Origin: Raillietiella orientalis
Taxonomy: Eukaryota
Direction: 5' to 3'
DNA length: 64,000 nt
NCBI GenBank assembly: GCA_036172245.1
Contig: JAYWIR010000050.1
Location: 930,001-994,000, forward strand
Positions within the stretch are counted from its first letter, which is position 1. Every line of letters begins with the position of its first letter. Positions 44,362-56,878 of this stretch are shown here, piece by piece. The notes beneath the pieces were generated by a model. That model was not told the origin of the DNA and ran no database searches. It saw nothing but the letters and a program-made list of their open reading frames with translations. A program made the position numbers and the translations under genes.

Positions 44362-46866
44362 AGCGAGTTCTCGACTGTGCTGCCGCTGGCGGTAAGCTGC
44401 GGCAGCAGCCGTGAGCCTGGAGTCAGAGGCCCGAAGCGCGCCCTCGATGGGTAGGGAAGGGAAGGGTGCAGGAACGCTCTACAGCCCGGGAACGAAGACG
44501 GTCCGGGGCTGCAGCCACCTCCTGGCTTGGAACGGTCAGTCCACGGGGGCCCCAGCTCGGGGAGAAGAACCCCTGCTGCCCTGGCAACTGGGTCCTTCTC
44601 CCTACCCTCTCCCCGCAGCGGCGGCAGCACAGTCACGACTCGAAAGCAGCAAGAAGAAATGGGGCTCCCTGCAGAAGGTCCAGATGGAAGATGGGGAGCT
44701 GGGAAGCATCCCAGAAGCCGCAGTGAGCAACCTGGCTGATCCCAGAAGATTCGTCCTCCCTCTCCTCGTGGATGAGAGCACCTTCGGCCACCGAGGGTGA
44801 CGCCTCTGGATGAGCGGCCTCTTCGAAGGGGAAAAGGGGAACAGAGCATCCCACGACGCCCCGGAGAAGGGAGGAACACACCACGGGGGGAAGCGCATCT
44901 TCGTTGACAGGAGGAGGTCCTTTGGTGTGGGTCGCGTCTGAAGCGCTTGCCGCGCTCTTGAGATTCTGCGAGAGCCACCGGAGCGACGCAGCGGATTCCA
45001 CGCGCAAAGAGTGGTTGACAGCCACCCCCAGGGTAACTTCTGCGGGATCAGCTGTCGACTAACTCCTTCTCTCTCCCTCCTCCTCCCGTCCTCCTCCTTT
45101 CCTTTTTCCTCCTCTTCCTTCCTTTCCTCCTCTTCTTCACCGACCCCTTTTTTCCTCCGGCTCCCCCTTTTCTCTCTCCCAGACAATCCTCCGCCTTCAT
45201 TCCGGAATGCCGTGTCTCCTCGGGTTCAGAAGTCCCCCAGGCGCCCGCAGCACGGCCAGTCGTCTTGTGTCCCTCTTGGCGAGCACGGGCACCCCCGCCA
45301 AGAGGGCGGCATCGAGCAGATGCGCGCACCGGCATAGCCAGGTGGGCACTACTCGGTCAGTTCCTCCGAGAGGGAAGGATGGGCGGTGCGCACCCTCTTC
45401 CACCTCCCCGCTTGCACCTGGTGTGCTCGCGCGTGCTAACCGTTCTCCCCCTCCCCCCGTCTCTTCCTTGGCCTTCGATTAGAACAGTCGCCTTGCGCCT
45501 TAGGCTACCTTCAAACCGGTCTCTCGGAATCACGAACGGATCAAGAATAACGAGCCAATATTGAGGGACGAGAGAGAGAGACGTGGCTCCTTGGTATGAT
45601 CTGCTTCCAGGACGTCCTCTGGCATTGAAGGAAGCCATTCTCGGCATCTGGAGCAGCTGCCGACTGGTTTGTCCCGAATAGAGGCAGAAACCGCGACCAG
45701 CGTCCAGAAGGCGGCGAAGCTGGAAAGGCGAGCGAGCGCCGCTGCGAAAGCAGAGTAAAATGCGCGGTCCCCCCCTTCGAGGTGACAGGCGTCATCATCA
45801 TCAACAACAAGAACGGCAGCAGCGACGAAAAATCGTCGGGGGGTTTGATCAGTTCCATTCAAGGGGGCGCAGATCTGCGCGGCGAATCCCGGAGATCAGA
45901 GCCAGGGTGCAAGCCTCCCAGATGTACGCCAGCAACTCTATTCCCCCTGGAGGAGACATGGGTTCAGGTGCACTGGGAGTTTACTTTCCAGGGCCCAAGG
46001 TGGCTCAGTGGTGCAGGGGAGAGCCAGACGGGAGAAACGCATGGAGGATGCTCAGGGGTCGGCGCACGAAGCTGGCGGAGTTGGACTCTCTAGGTTGACA
46101 TGCGCCGCCCAAAACATGGAGGTCGACTACCAGGACAGGAGGGAGGGCCTTTCATATCGAGTCACCAGGATGCGGTCCCTCTCCTCAAGGGGTTGTGCAC
46201 CCATAGCGATGGCATGGTGCTCGGGACCCTCGGCGCACGGGGATCGACATCGAAAGCTGCGAACGCGCAAGGGCGAGCACGCGCTGGGATCCTTCCTGGA
46301 TGGTGGTAATCCAGGTTCTTAGATGAGCCTATGGTTCAAGAAGCGAGAAACAGTGCGTTCCACGCTTTCCATCCCTTCCCTTCACGGTCAGCGTAATCAA
46401 CGCTGACCGTGATCCGCTCTTCGCTTCTGGTCTTCCTTCAATAGGCGGCTCGCCACGGAGGGAGGGTGGAGGCGTCGGCAGAGGCGCCCGGGACAGGGAG
46501 AATCCTTCGCAGGCGCTCGAGGCGCGAAGCCAACAACCTCTCGAAGGTGCGGATCAGTCAGGGTTCTGAGGCGGCAGCAAACCCGCTGCCCTTGAGGCAG
46601 CCTTTCGGAAAAGAAGGCAGTGGACCGGGAAGCGGGTTCCGTGCTGCTCCCTCCCTGAGTGGCGCGAGCGGGGAACACCTGCGAGATGTTCAGCGACTCC
46701 AACTCCCGCTGCGGACGCCTCGCGTTCCGGCAGGAGGTGAACGCAGGCTACGCACTGCTCGCCGCCAAAAAGCGGAGCGTCTCTAGGATCGCCTTCCCTC
46801 CTTCTGTTCCTCCTCCTTCCTCTTCCTCGATGTGTGGGACGGCCGGTTGCAAGCCGGAGCGGAGAA

Positions 46867-47031
46867 CGACGGTGGCGCTGTCGCTTCCGTCCTGCGGACG
46901 CAAATCGTCCGTAGGTAAGTTGACGAGCCACCTTCGGGGGACAGCAAAAAGGAACCGCCTACCCACCCCAACCGTGTTCGGCTCCCTCCTCCTCGGATGG
47001 TCCACGCGGCCCGCGGCACAACGGCGGCCCC
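46867..47031. repeat. Direct repeat copy 1 (~165 bp)
   Basis: High identity to 49530-49690 (cgcaaatcgtccgtaggtaagttgacgagccacc...cggctccctcctcctcggatggtccacgcgg). Confidence 0.85.
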
Positions 47032-49529
47032 AGCCTGCCGTTGGGTGCTCGGCGGTCGTCCAGAGTGTTTCAGAAGGCGAGCAAGCGTGTAGCCCCCCGC
47101 GGGATTGCGAAGGCTCCGTCTAGCACGCTGAAGGTCCTCCCGGATCCAAGAAGTCCGGAGGCACTCGCGGTCCACGCAGGCTAATCCCCGCCTTCAGACC
47201 CCCCGTGCCTGGCTACGAACACGGAGCAGCAGCAAGGAGTTCGCCTCCAGCGCCGGCCGCTGCAGCGGGACGAGGGCGGTCCACCCAAAGGACGCGCGCT
47301 GCTGACTGAGCTTCAGCCCTGCTCGGTCAGCAGCAACACCAGCATCCTGCAAACCAGAACAAAAAAAAAATCTCGAATGGGACCTCAGGAGCGGCTACTG
47401 ACGGCACAGATGGGTCCTCGATGGCACCGGCTGAAAAAAAGGCAATCGTGCGGGAAGATCATCATGAAAGCAGCCTGAAAGTCCAGGGGAGAAAGGGAGG
47501 AGGAGGAGTGAGGAGGAGCGAGTCCCTCGGCTGAGATGATGGCTCACGTTCCTTCTCTTCCAAAGAGCAGCTGCAGGACCACCGCTCCGCCAAAGACATC
47601 CTCCGCCGCCCTGCTGTTGGATTTCGTCGTGAGAGCTCCTCCCCCTTCTGGAATGTGGGAAATTCGAAATGAGGGCAATTCCTGCCGCGAGTTCCCGGGC
47701 TCACGAGCGGGCAAAAGGAAACAGTGACGGGAAGCGAAGTGCGATCAGCTCGGTTCAGGTTACGCCACCGCGCCCGAAGAGGCTGCATGGAAACCCTCAT
47801 CTCGCGAGAAACATCTGGAATGGGGTCCTCCACGTTTTATTGGAAAGTTTCGGGCGCTCACTATGGGAATGCATCGGGGCTGCTCCTGCAGCGATCGCTT
47901 CCCCATCTCTCTCCCCCTTCCCCTCATTTTTTCAATGGCGGCGCCTGGACGGCGATCCCTGGGATGCATGAAGGAAACGGAAACCCCTGGAACAGGGTCG
48001 TGGTCCACGCACAGACGGCGGCGCTGTACCGCTCCCAAGGTCGCACGAGAGCAGGAGGGGTCGCATCAGCAGCTCTCGCGGGGGGGAAGGAGCAACTTCG
48101 GTGCGCTGCTCTTTACTCGCGCCTGACTAGTACCCATCGGGTACCTCTGCAGATGGGCAAACGATGGGTAATCCGCTCTCATCCCGACTTGCCGAGTCGT
48201 TTGTTTAAAATAAACCGAAAAAAACGCCGGGAATGCATGCGAAGAACGGGGTAAGGGGCACTCTGTCCATTTCCACAGCCTTCGACCTGTCGTACTCTAA
48301 AGTTCTTCAGCAGAAAGGTCGGGCCACTAGCGAAGGGGGCTCTTGATCGCAGTTACACCCCGAGCTCCTTCTCCATTCACAGTGTCGTGGTCAGCTCCCA
48401 CGTAGCAGGGCGGAAGGGAACACTGCCCTGTGCAGGGCATTCGGGATCAGCGCTGCGGAATCCGAAGATCAGCGCGGCGGTGCAAGCCGCCTCGAATGTC
48501 CGCCAGCCAACTCGCTTCCCCCCTGGGGGGGCCATTGTTCAGAGAGCCTCGCCTTCGATTTCGACTGCGGCGGACTCGTCTCGCCTGCAGCGGAGGGACT
48601 GGCGGGATGCAAGGTCGCGCGAGAGGCCGGGTCACGCACTCGCCGTCCCGAGGGACCTGAGGGAGCGATCCCTCTCCATCCTCCTCGTAGCGCCTTAGAC
48701 AGAGAGGAGGTTCGAGTGAGCGGTCGCGTGCCAGCCTGAAGCCACAGGAGCGATGGCACCCTTTGTCCTAGAGAGGACACGACTGGAAACCAGTCGACGG
48801 AATCTGTCGTACGGCGCAGGCGCGGCTCGTGATCTCCTTTTCCACTTCCTCCTCCCTTTCTGTCCTCCTCTTCCCCTCTCACTCTCTTCTTCCTCTTTCC
48901 CTCTTCTTTCCTTCCTTCGCCTCCTCGCTTCCATCCCCTCCCCCTTTGGCTTGTCCGTTCCCTTCATCCGATTCGGATGGGCCACTGCACGGAAGCACTG
49001 TGTGGTGGAACCGCCCGTAAACAGAACGGATCCTGGATGATGTCTCGGATACTCCAACGCCTACTTGTCCGGGTCCAAGCTACGCAAGGTCTTCTCTGTG
49101 CGCTTGGCAGGGCACCTCGGGACTCAGGGAGGGAGAGACGGGGAAGGGGGAGAGGGCTGTCTCCGGGTTCGCGACAGCACGCTCGACGCCCGCTTGCTGA
49201 GCGTCGCGCGCGCTGGGAAGGGGAGGAGAAAAGTTTTTCCGGGAACAAGGGAGCATTCACGCTCTTCCCCTCCCTCCAGGGAGGAGGGAGGGGAGCAGTG
49301 AAGAAGCGGAGGCCGTGGTTCCCGTAGCTGGTCAGCGGCGTGTCCGGTCGAGTTGTTCCCGAGTTCCCCGCTCTGTGAGGGCGGCGTCTTTCCCGCCTTT
49401 GACTTCAGGATGGGGCCGACCGAGTGCAAGGGTCACTCCTTCTGCATCCTGGCGCTTCCGCCCTCGCTTTCCCCTTCTCTCTCGTCGGCACGCAGCCCGG
49501 CATTTCCATGGCAGTTCCCTATTCGGCGA

Positions 49530-49690
49530 CGACGGTGGCCCCGTCGCTTCCGTCCTGGGGGCGCAAATCGTCCGTAGGTAAGTTGACGAGCCACCGTCGA
49601 GGGACAGCGAAAAGAAACCGCCTACCCACCCAACAGTGTTCGGCTCCCTCCTCCTCGGATGGTCCACGCGGTCCGCGGCACAGCGGCCCC
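49530..49690. repeat. Direct repeat copy 2
   Basis: High identity to 46867-47031. Confidence 0.85.
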
Positions 49691-52600
49691 TCGGTCGCGT
49701 CCACCCCGATGGCGGGGTGTCGCGCAGAAGGCCGCGAGCCACCCATTGGGGCGCACTTTTCCCGAGACCTATCCTCTGCGCTGGGGGCTGGCCGCATGCG
49801 CCCGTAACTAAGGATAGAGGGCGAGAATGAGAGCGCCGGTCTCCAGAGAAACGCGGCTCGGCGGCTGCGCCCTCCTCGAACGCCCAGACCGTGCTGTCCC
49901 AGAGTCAGGCGCGGGTTCCTGCCCACGCGTGCGCGCAGCCGCGAGGTGGGCGCTGCCTTCCTGCGCCAGGAGCCGGGAGACTCGGAGCGACTCCCCGTCC
50001 ACAGCTCACGGCTCGGTCGCCGGGAGACTCGCGCCTCCAGCATCCGTGGACCCGCGGCGTCCTATAGGGCCTGCCCCCCGAAGTGACCAGACTCTCCTCA
50101 CGGGATGTGTTTCCAGCGGCCTGGGCCGCTTCCAAGGCGATGACCACTCCCCTCCTCCCGTGCATCTTCCGAGCCGGCCCGCGCCCAAGCCTCGACCAGG
50201 TTTCGGGCAGAGCGGGGACGGTGTCAGGGATTTGCCCCCTCCGACACGCCCGCGCGCTTCCAGTGGGAGGTCATCTCGCCGAGAGAGGGGTCGGTCGCCG
50301 GCCCTGACATGCGAGGGGCTTCCCCGCTCGCTTCGCGCACCGCAGGGGCTTCCCTTCTGCAGTAGGCGAGGTGAGTAGTTCTGCTGCTTCGCAGAGCCTG
50401 CTGGGCAGGGGGCTGCGGTCTGTTCTGTGCCTGGGGCAGTAGCGCCGGCAGATCCTGCAGAGGCATTTGATGGCGCCGTGCGCAATGCCCACGGCGTGTG
50501 CAGCGACCCTTCCGCTCTCCTGCCCTCCCGAGTAGCTTCCGGAGGGCTCTCGCAGTGCCCCTGCATGCCACCCTGAGGCACTCGTCGTGCCGGCGGGGCT
50601 GATCTCGTGGCGTCCCATGGCGCAGGAGCGGCCCCTGCTCAGAGAATCAGACGGAACGGCCCTGCCTTCCGTCAGGGCATCGGGCAGACCTCCGGAACAC
50701 CCCGAGGTGCGAGGAGAGGGGGAGCAGCGCGGGATGCTTCTTCCCTTCCCTTCCACAACGCGCCGGAAAACCCGCGAAGGACGCGCGTTTCCTAGGAGAC
50801 CCTCAGAAGGGCGGAGGGGTTCGCAGGGGGCGGCGGCTGACGCCGTGATTTTCCTTCTCCTTACCGGGGCGGTGGCCCCAGAAGGCCCTCGAGGGGATGC
50901 GCTTCCCCTTCCTTATCCCAAAACGCCGCCGGCGCACCCTCCTGCACGGGAGGGACTCCCTGACGCCATCTCCGGAGGAGGGATGAAAGAGAAGCAGCCA
51001 GGATGAACTGGGACGACCTCGGGGAGAGGAGCGACCTCGAGGGGGAGTCGGAGGGGAAGACAGTCTCCTGACTGGCTTCCTCCTTTCCCTCCCTCTCCTC
51101 TTTCTCGGCCCTCTTTCCTGAGGGAACCTCCATTTCCGCTAGTGAGTGGTGGTGGCAGGGGCGGTGCCTGTCCCTCTGGAGGCGAGGTGAGCGGCGATGG
51201 TGGGAGGATCGAACCGGGAGGAGGCGGCAGGGAGAGGATGACTTGGAGTCTTCTCCCAGTGGAGGCGCGCGGAGTCATAGATCAGGGCAGTCCAGAGGGA
51301 AAGGGAGGACTTGGGCAAGGGGGAAGAAGAAGAAGATGGGTCCACCTCCCACTCCTCTTTCCCTTCGTAGCACGTCACGGAGCACGCCATCGGGGGCTCG
51401 ACCCTAGGGACTTGGTTGCCGCTGGCACCTCGTCACGTCTCCACAGGAAGCAGGCATGGCGCTAGTCTTTTTCTCGTGGCGATTCGCCACCACTCTCTGA
51501 TCTTCTCTTCGGGGTGAGCAAGGAAAAATGAGCGCGTGAGACTTCCCGGCCTAAAAAGAAAAAAAAAAAAAAAAGAAAAAAAAAAAAAAAAGAGGAGGAG
51601 GGGGGATTTCTCGGATGCGCCACCATTGCGAGAAGCCCCAGATACCCACCCTCTCAAAACAGAAAAAAACAAAGCCTCACCCAGGGCTAGGGCTCACTGG
51701 ATGCGCACTCCGGGGAACCCGTTCTAGGCAGACAAAGAGAGGCACTCGCTTGCCCCCGGAAGCACGCTCTCGCAGAAGTCCGCAGCGGAGGTGCCCCCTG
51801 GCCACGCCGCCGCGCGCTCGCTCGGAGCGGTCTCGAAACCACGTGCGCAGCACATCTGGAAGAAAAAAGAGAGCGAGAGAAGATGGAAACGAGCATTGTT
51901 AGAGAGGGGGGCGGGGGGGGGGGGGAGGGGCGAGCATTGTTGCAAGCGGCATTGCCGCCAGGTGCCGCCGTCTCCGCGACCATGGAAACCCGGCGCGCAG
52001 CCCAGAAAATTGCGATGGCCTTGGCGAGCCGCAATTAGCGGCGCTCGACAAATGGCTAACGAACAGCATTCAACGGATCAGCGTGCAGAAACTCCCATCC
52101 TTCCCGGAACGGAAAAGCTTGTCCAGACCACTTATCCTCCCGCGTCGGGGGACGCGCCTCCTGGAGTTTCTCCCTCCCCTTCCGAGAGGTATGCGCGCCA
52201 ACCCTTCGCGCGACGGAACGCCGTCTTCCTTCGTAAGCCGACAGATCACGTGAGAACGTTTTCATGGTCACCCCTTCCGCCGGCTGTTTTCCCCGAGGAA
52301 ACCGCTTCCCCCCCCCCTCCTTCCCCCTTTCCTCCCTCCCCCCCCCCCTGCCCGCGAAAGGAAGCGTCGGGGTGAACGCGCACGGTGTTCCCTCCCGCAC
52401 AACGGCGCATCGCGTCCTCACGAATGACAGTCACGTCGCCATGGCGCTCGCATCCTCGTGCGCGTACCCGTCGTCGTCGTGGTCGTCGAATCCCAAACCG
52501 CTGCTAGTGGTTACCGATTCCACGCAACGATGTGGAATCACTGCCGTCTGTCCGCGCGGAAAAAAAAAAAAAAAAAGGTATGGGGAGCCAGCAAGCAGCA

Positions 52601-55247
52601 GCAGGGTGGCGGAGGTGCGTGCTGCGAAGAGTGGTGCCGCGGATGGATGCTGCTGCTGGCGCTTCGACTCTCGACGTTCAATCCCCCCCCCCCCCGTTTG
52701 GTTTCTCCCCTTTTCTCTCTGCTCACGGACATTTTCCTGCTTATCGATGTGTGCACGTATGTGTATATATGTACACGCACGCACATTATTATTTTTAAAA
52801 AAGAAAAAAATGATACTTTCGCAGCACGTGACGGATGGCGCGGCAGGCGCCCTCGGGCGAGCACGGGAAGAATGCGGCGCGCTGAACAAGTGGGAACCTC
52901 CGCTCGGAAGATGACGAAAATGATTTCCGCGGAGTGCCTGTAGATGGCAAAAAGCCCTTTGATGGTGCGGAAATCGCGCATGGCTTTTTCGATCTCCGCC
53001 GCCTCCTCCGTGCATCCAGAACCACACGGATCTGCTGGTTCCTCAGTTGCGCGGGTTGCGACGGCGACGGGGGGTTCGCACGTGAAAGTTTCGCGCGCGT
53101 CGTCATGCCGGTTGCTGGGGCCTGGGAAACGTGCCGTCGCCTCGTGAACGCGAGCCACCGGGACTGACTCGGAGGATGGATTGAAAGACGCGGCCTGCCC
53201 CCGTGGTTCACGATGGAAGTCTTGGAAAAGTTTGCCTTCAAGAGAGATTCTCACCTCGGAGGGATCGAGGGTCAGTGGAGAGGTAGGAAGGAAACCCGCA
53301 GTGTTTTTGTGTGTGCGTTCGCAGATGTAGGTGTGTGTGTGTGTGTGTGTGTGTGTATTCCTCCCCCCCCCCTCCCCTTTCCTTTCAGCAAACATTATCC
53401 CCTGCGCAAACATTGAAGCCTAAATGGCCACCGTAGGCAGCCACCACAACCACCCGTTGTTGCTGTTGTTGTTCTCCCACCCCCCATTTCCTTCCTCCGT
53501 TTTGAGATGACAGCTTCCCAATCGGTTTTAAAGCGGAGAATGCTGCGCTGGACTTTTGGCCTTTCGGAAGGCCTTCGGTGTAGGGTGCAGGGAAAGGGGG
53601 GGGGGAGGAGATAATCGCTCCCCCCCCCCTCCTCCTCCGAGTGCATGTGCTGGAAGCCGAATTTTCGGGAACGGATGGATGCTCCCCCCCTACCCCCCGC
53701 TTTCGTCGCACCAGCCCAGGCGTGTGGACGAACGGGTGCGAGCAGGAATTTCTCGTCCATGGCGGTCGGCAACGGGTGCGACGCCAGGGAAGCTCCTTGG
53801 AAGGGATGCTGGAAAATCGTTTCTGCAGCAACGAAACTTCTCTTGCCGGATCGTCCGAAAAGAGCATCCTCGGATCGTTTGCTCATTTTCCTTCGTGTGG
53901 GATCCTTCCCTCGCTTTCCGTTTCTCCTCCTCCGTCTGCCTTGCGGGAGCCCCGCCGCACCGGCGAAAGACCGGGATGGTCCCGTGAGCTCGTTTTCGGC
54001 TCACAGCATCGTCAAAAAAGGAAAAAAAAAAAAAAAAAAAATCACCGACCAACAAAATAAATCGCATTCGTCGGCATGCAGCAGTCCGGCTTGGCCAGCT
54101 GGTCCCGTGGGCTGGCTGTTGCGTGCCGAAACTCCCACCGACTCTGTAAACAAGATGACCCCAAACAGCATCCAGAAACAGAGTAATCATTCAGCGTGGA
54201 TGCAAACATTTCCGTTTATGACCTGTTACTTGGCCGCCGAGAAGTGGATGTACCTGGAAAGAGAGAGATCGCGTCCGCAGCTCAGGCGTACCATAAAGGA
54301 AACGCATCCGGAGTTCTTGCGGAGGCGAGGTCCACAGGACGGCGCTCGTCTCCCGAGCAACAAAGACACGAGCTGTTTATTATTGCATTCCGACATGGCT
54401 CTCCGGTTGCCCGATGGGTTTCTCCACCTTGGCTGCCCCCCGCGCGGCCACGCTGATGCTCGCAAACAGAGAACCGCGGCGAATCGCAATTTATAGGGCT
54501 CCGTTCCGTGGCAGACCCCGAGAATCGGTCACCAGAAGCGTTTTTTAAGAGCACGGCTGCATCCGGGAGCGCGAGAAGGGCTGTACCCCTTAGAGATCGG
54601 AAACCAGTGGGCTTTCGACGCCGGGTATCAAATGCGGCACATCGATTTGCTTGCGGAATGGCTCGGCAAACAGATGGATCCCGTTGGATTCGAGGAAGGA
54701 GACGGAGGAGAAACACCCGCAGGAAGCAGTGATCTTCCGAGTCGAGCCGACATTTCTCGCCATCCTCTCTCGCCTTCCCATTTCGCTTTCTTCTCCTTTT
54801 TTCTTCCCGTTCTGCGTTCTTGCATCCTCGCCTCGCTGCCTGGTTGTCGTTGTTTGCATCGTCGGTGCTCGCAAACAACGGCTCGTCCGTGGCCCTCGGT
54901 TTCGAGCGTGTGCGTGTATGTGTGTCCCCTTCCTCTCCTTTGCCTCCTCCCATCTTCTTGCTCAGCCCGAGCGAGAGAGAACGTGCGGTTCCACCGACTG
55001 CTCACGCCCCCTTCGCTCGCGGCCCATTCGCTCGCCCCGCTCGCGGCACTTTCGCGCGGGTCTTGCGGGAGATCAGCAGCTCTCGCGATGTCGGAAGACG
55101 TAACGAAAGCAGGCCTGCAGAGAACTGGAAGGAGAAGGGAAGGCTGGAAGGAGGAAGAGCAGGAGGAGGCACGCCTCGTGATCCGTCAGGATTTTTCCTA
55201 GGGAATCGTTTTACTTTTGCTCGCATCTTTTAAATTTCACTCTTCGA

Positions 55248-55251
<4 letters not shown>

Positions 55252-55278
<27 letters not shown>
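55252..55278. repeat. (TG)n microsatellite; similar tracts at about 53332-53356 and 60777-60813, and (GA)n at about 23648-23672
   Basis: Read directly from the sequence. Confidence 0.9.
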
Positions 55279-55974
55279 TTTTTGGACCTTCACCATTTCC
55301 TCGAATGTTTATTCCTTATTTCAGTCGTTGTTTCCAGTACCAACAGCTGGTATTATTTCCGTCTCGCAGTCGGGATGGCACGCAGAAGGAACAGTTGAAG
55401 AAAAAAAAAAAAAAAACTGTGGAAAACGGAACTGCGTTTCTAATGTTTCCTTACTCACTAACAAGAACAAGTCTTCCTTCCCCAGGCATGAGTTTTTTTT
55501 TTTTTTTTTTTTTTGATACGAATTCATGTACGGTACGCAACTTCGAATGGTACGCACTCGCTTTTGAGGGAAGTTTCCTTTTGCAGCATTCGGGTTGCCA
55601 TTTCTTTGAGACGTGCAACGTGTGTTCAAATGATTTTGGTGGTGAGGTAAACGAGCATGTGCTCCAGAAGGGTCCGTAGGCAGCGTCGGCCCATCGCGCG
55701 TGGGACGACGTGGAAGCATCGAAAAACTTTGCCCGGGAGGGGGGAGGGGAGGGCAGAGAGAAGAATGGCGTTCAGATTCCAAGAGATGGTCGGGTGAGAG
55801 ATTGCGATCAGGGGATTCCCGCGAAAAGTCCACCGACGGGAGCTGTTCGTCGAACGTCGTCGCTCGCCCGCCCCGCCCCGCGCGCACCGTCGTGCCGAGG
55901 AGAGAGCGGACCGTCGTCGCCGGCCAGATTCGTTCCAGGGACGGAGGGGCTCCCCGCGAGCCGGAGGGAGGGGT

Positions 55975-56878
55975 AGAAAAATCCTCGCAGGTTCTCCTGC
56001 TGTCCCTGCCGACCTTCCAGCCTTTTTTATTTTATTTTATTTTTTTATTTATTTCTTTTTATGGGGGGGTGCTGAAGAAGAAGTGCTGAAGAACCGCTCG
56101 CCTCCTCAAGGGGGGGGGGGTCACGAAGCTCTTCGACGCCGTCTGCTCCACCTTGGGGTACGTGTCACTCTTCAAGTTGTGGAGTAAACCCGCGAGGGAA
56201 CCACCCCACAAATCCGGGCTCCGGAGAAAGGAGTCCGTTCCTTTCCTCGTCATAGTTGTCTCCGAAGGAAACCCTTAAGGGACGAACCATTTCTTCCTCG
56301 TTCTCTCCGTAGGGATCCACCGGAAGGGGACCGCTCCCTCTTTCCTCCTCTAGAGAGAGCCCGAACGGAACCTCCTTCCTTATTCTCTCCGAAGAATCCC
56401 CCTGCAGGGGGTCCCTCCTGATTTCTTCCCCGGAGGGACCCCCCGCAAAGGATCTGCTCCTTGTTTCTTCCTCTGAAGAGAACCCTGAAGGAACGTTTCC
56501 CGATTGCTCTGTAGGGCACTCCCCGAAGGGAGCAGCGCGCTTCTGACACTCTGGAGAGGTACCACTCCGAGGGGGGTATCAACCGGCTTCATGGTAACGG
56601 GTCCGTTTTCACCACAGGAGAGGAACCCCGAAGGGATCCTCGATGGAAGGACCCCAGAGAATCAACATCTCCAATCCCGGCCGGTCAGCGGGGCCGTCCG
56701 CCTTCCACCGGTACTACTGCACCCGAATGTAGGCCAACCAGCGCCATCCTGCGAGGGGAAGGGGCGAACTCGAACTCATCGCCGCACTCCACCCACCCCT
56801 CCCATTCGATCCTTCCCCGGCCAGGATTCGAACCCACGACCGGCGCGCGCGCGGAGGCCGCACGGCCGGAGACGCGGG
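55975..56878 (-). mobile_element. tRNA-derived SINE-like family A, copy 3
   Basis: Canonical B box GGGTTCGAATCC (56824-56835, minus); internal ~40-nt repeat array; same tail. Confidence 0.7.

Noticed and set aside
45500..46330. Possible plus-strand RT relic (GALGVYF); similarly 5000-5900 on the minus strand
   Set aside because: Only one or two weak motif echoes each; not supportable without an HMM search.
56250..56640. CRISPR-like repeat array
   Set aside because: Units are degenerate and adjacent with no unique spacers; no cas genes; eukaryotic intron-exon context.
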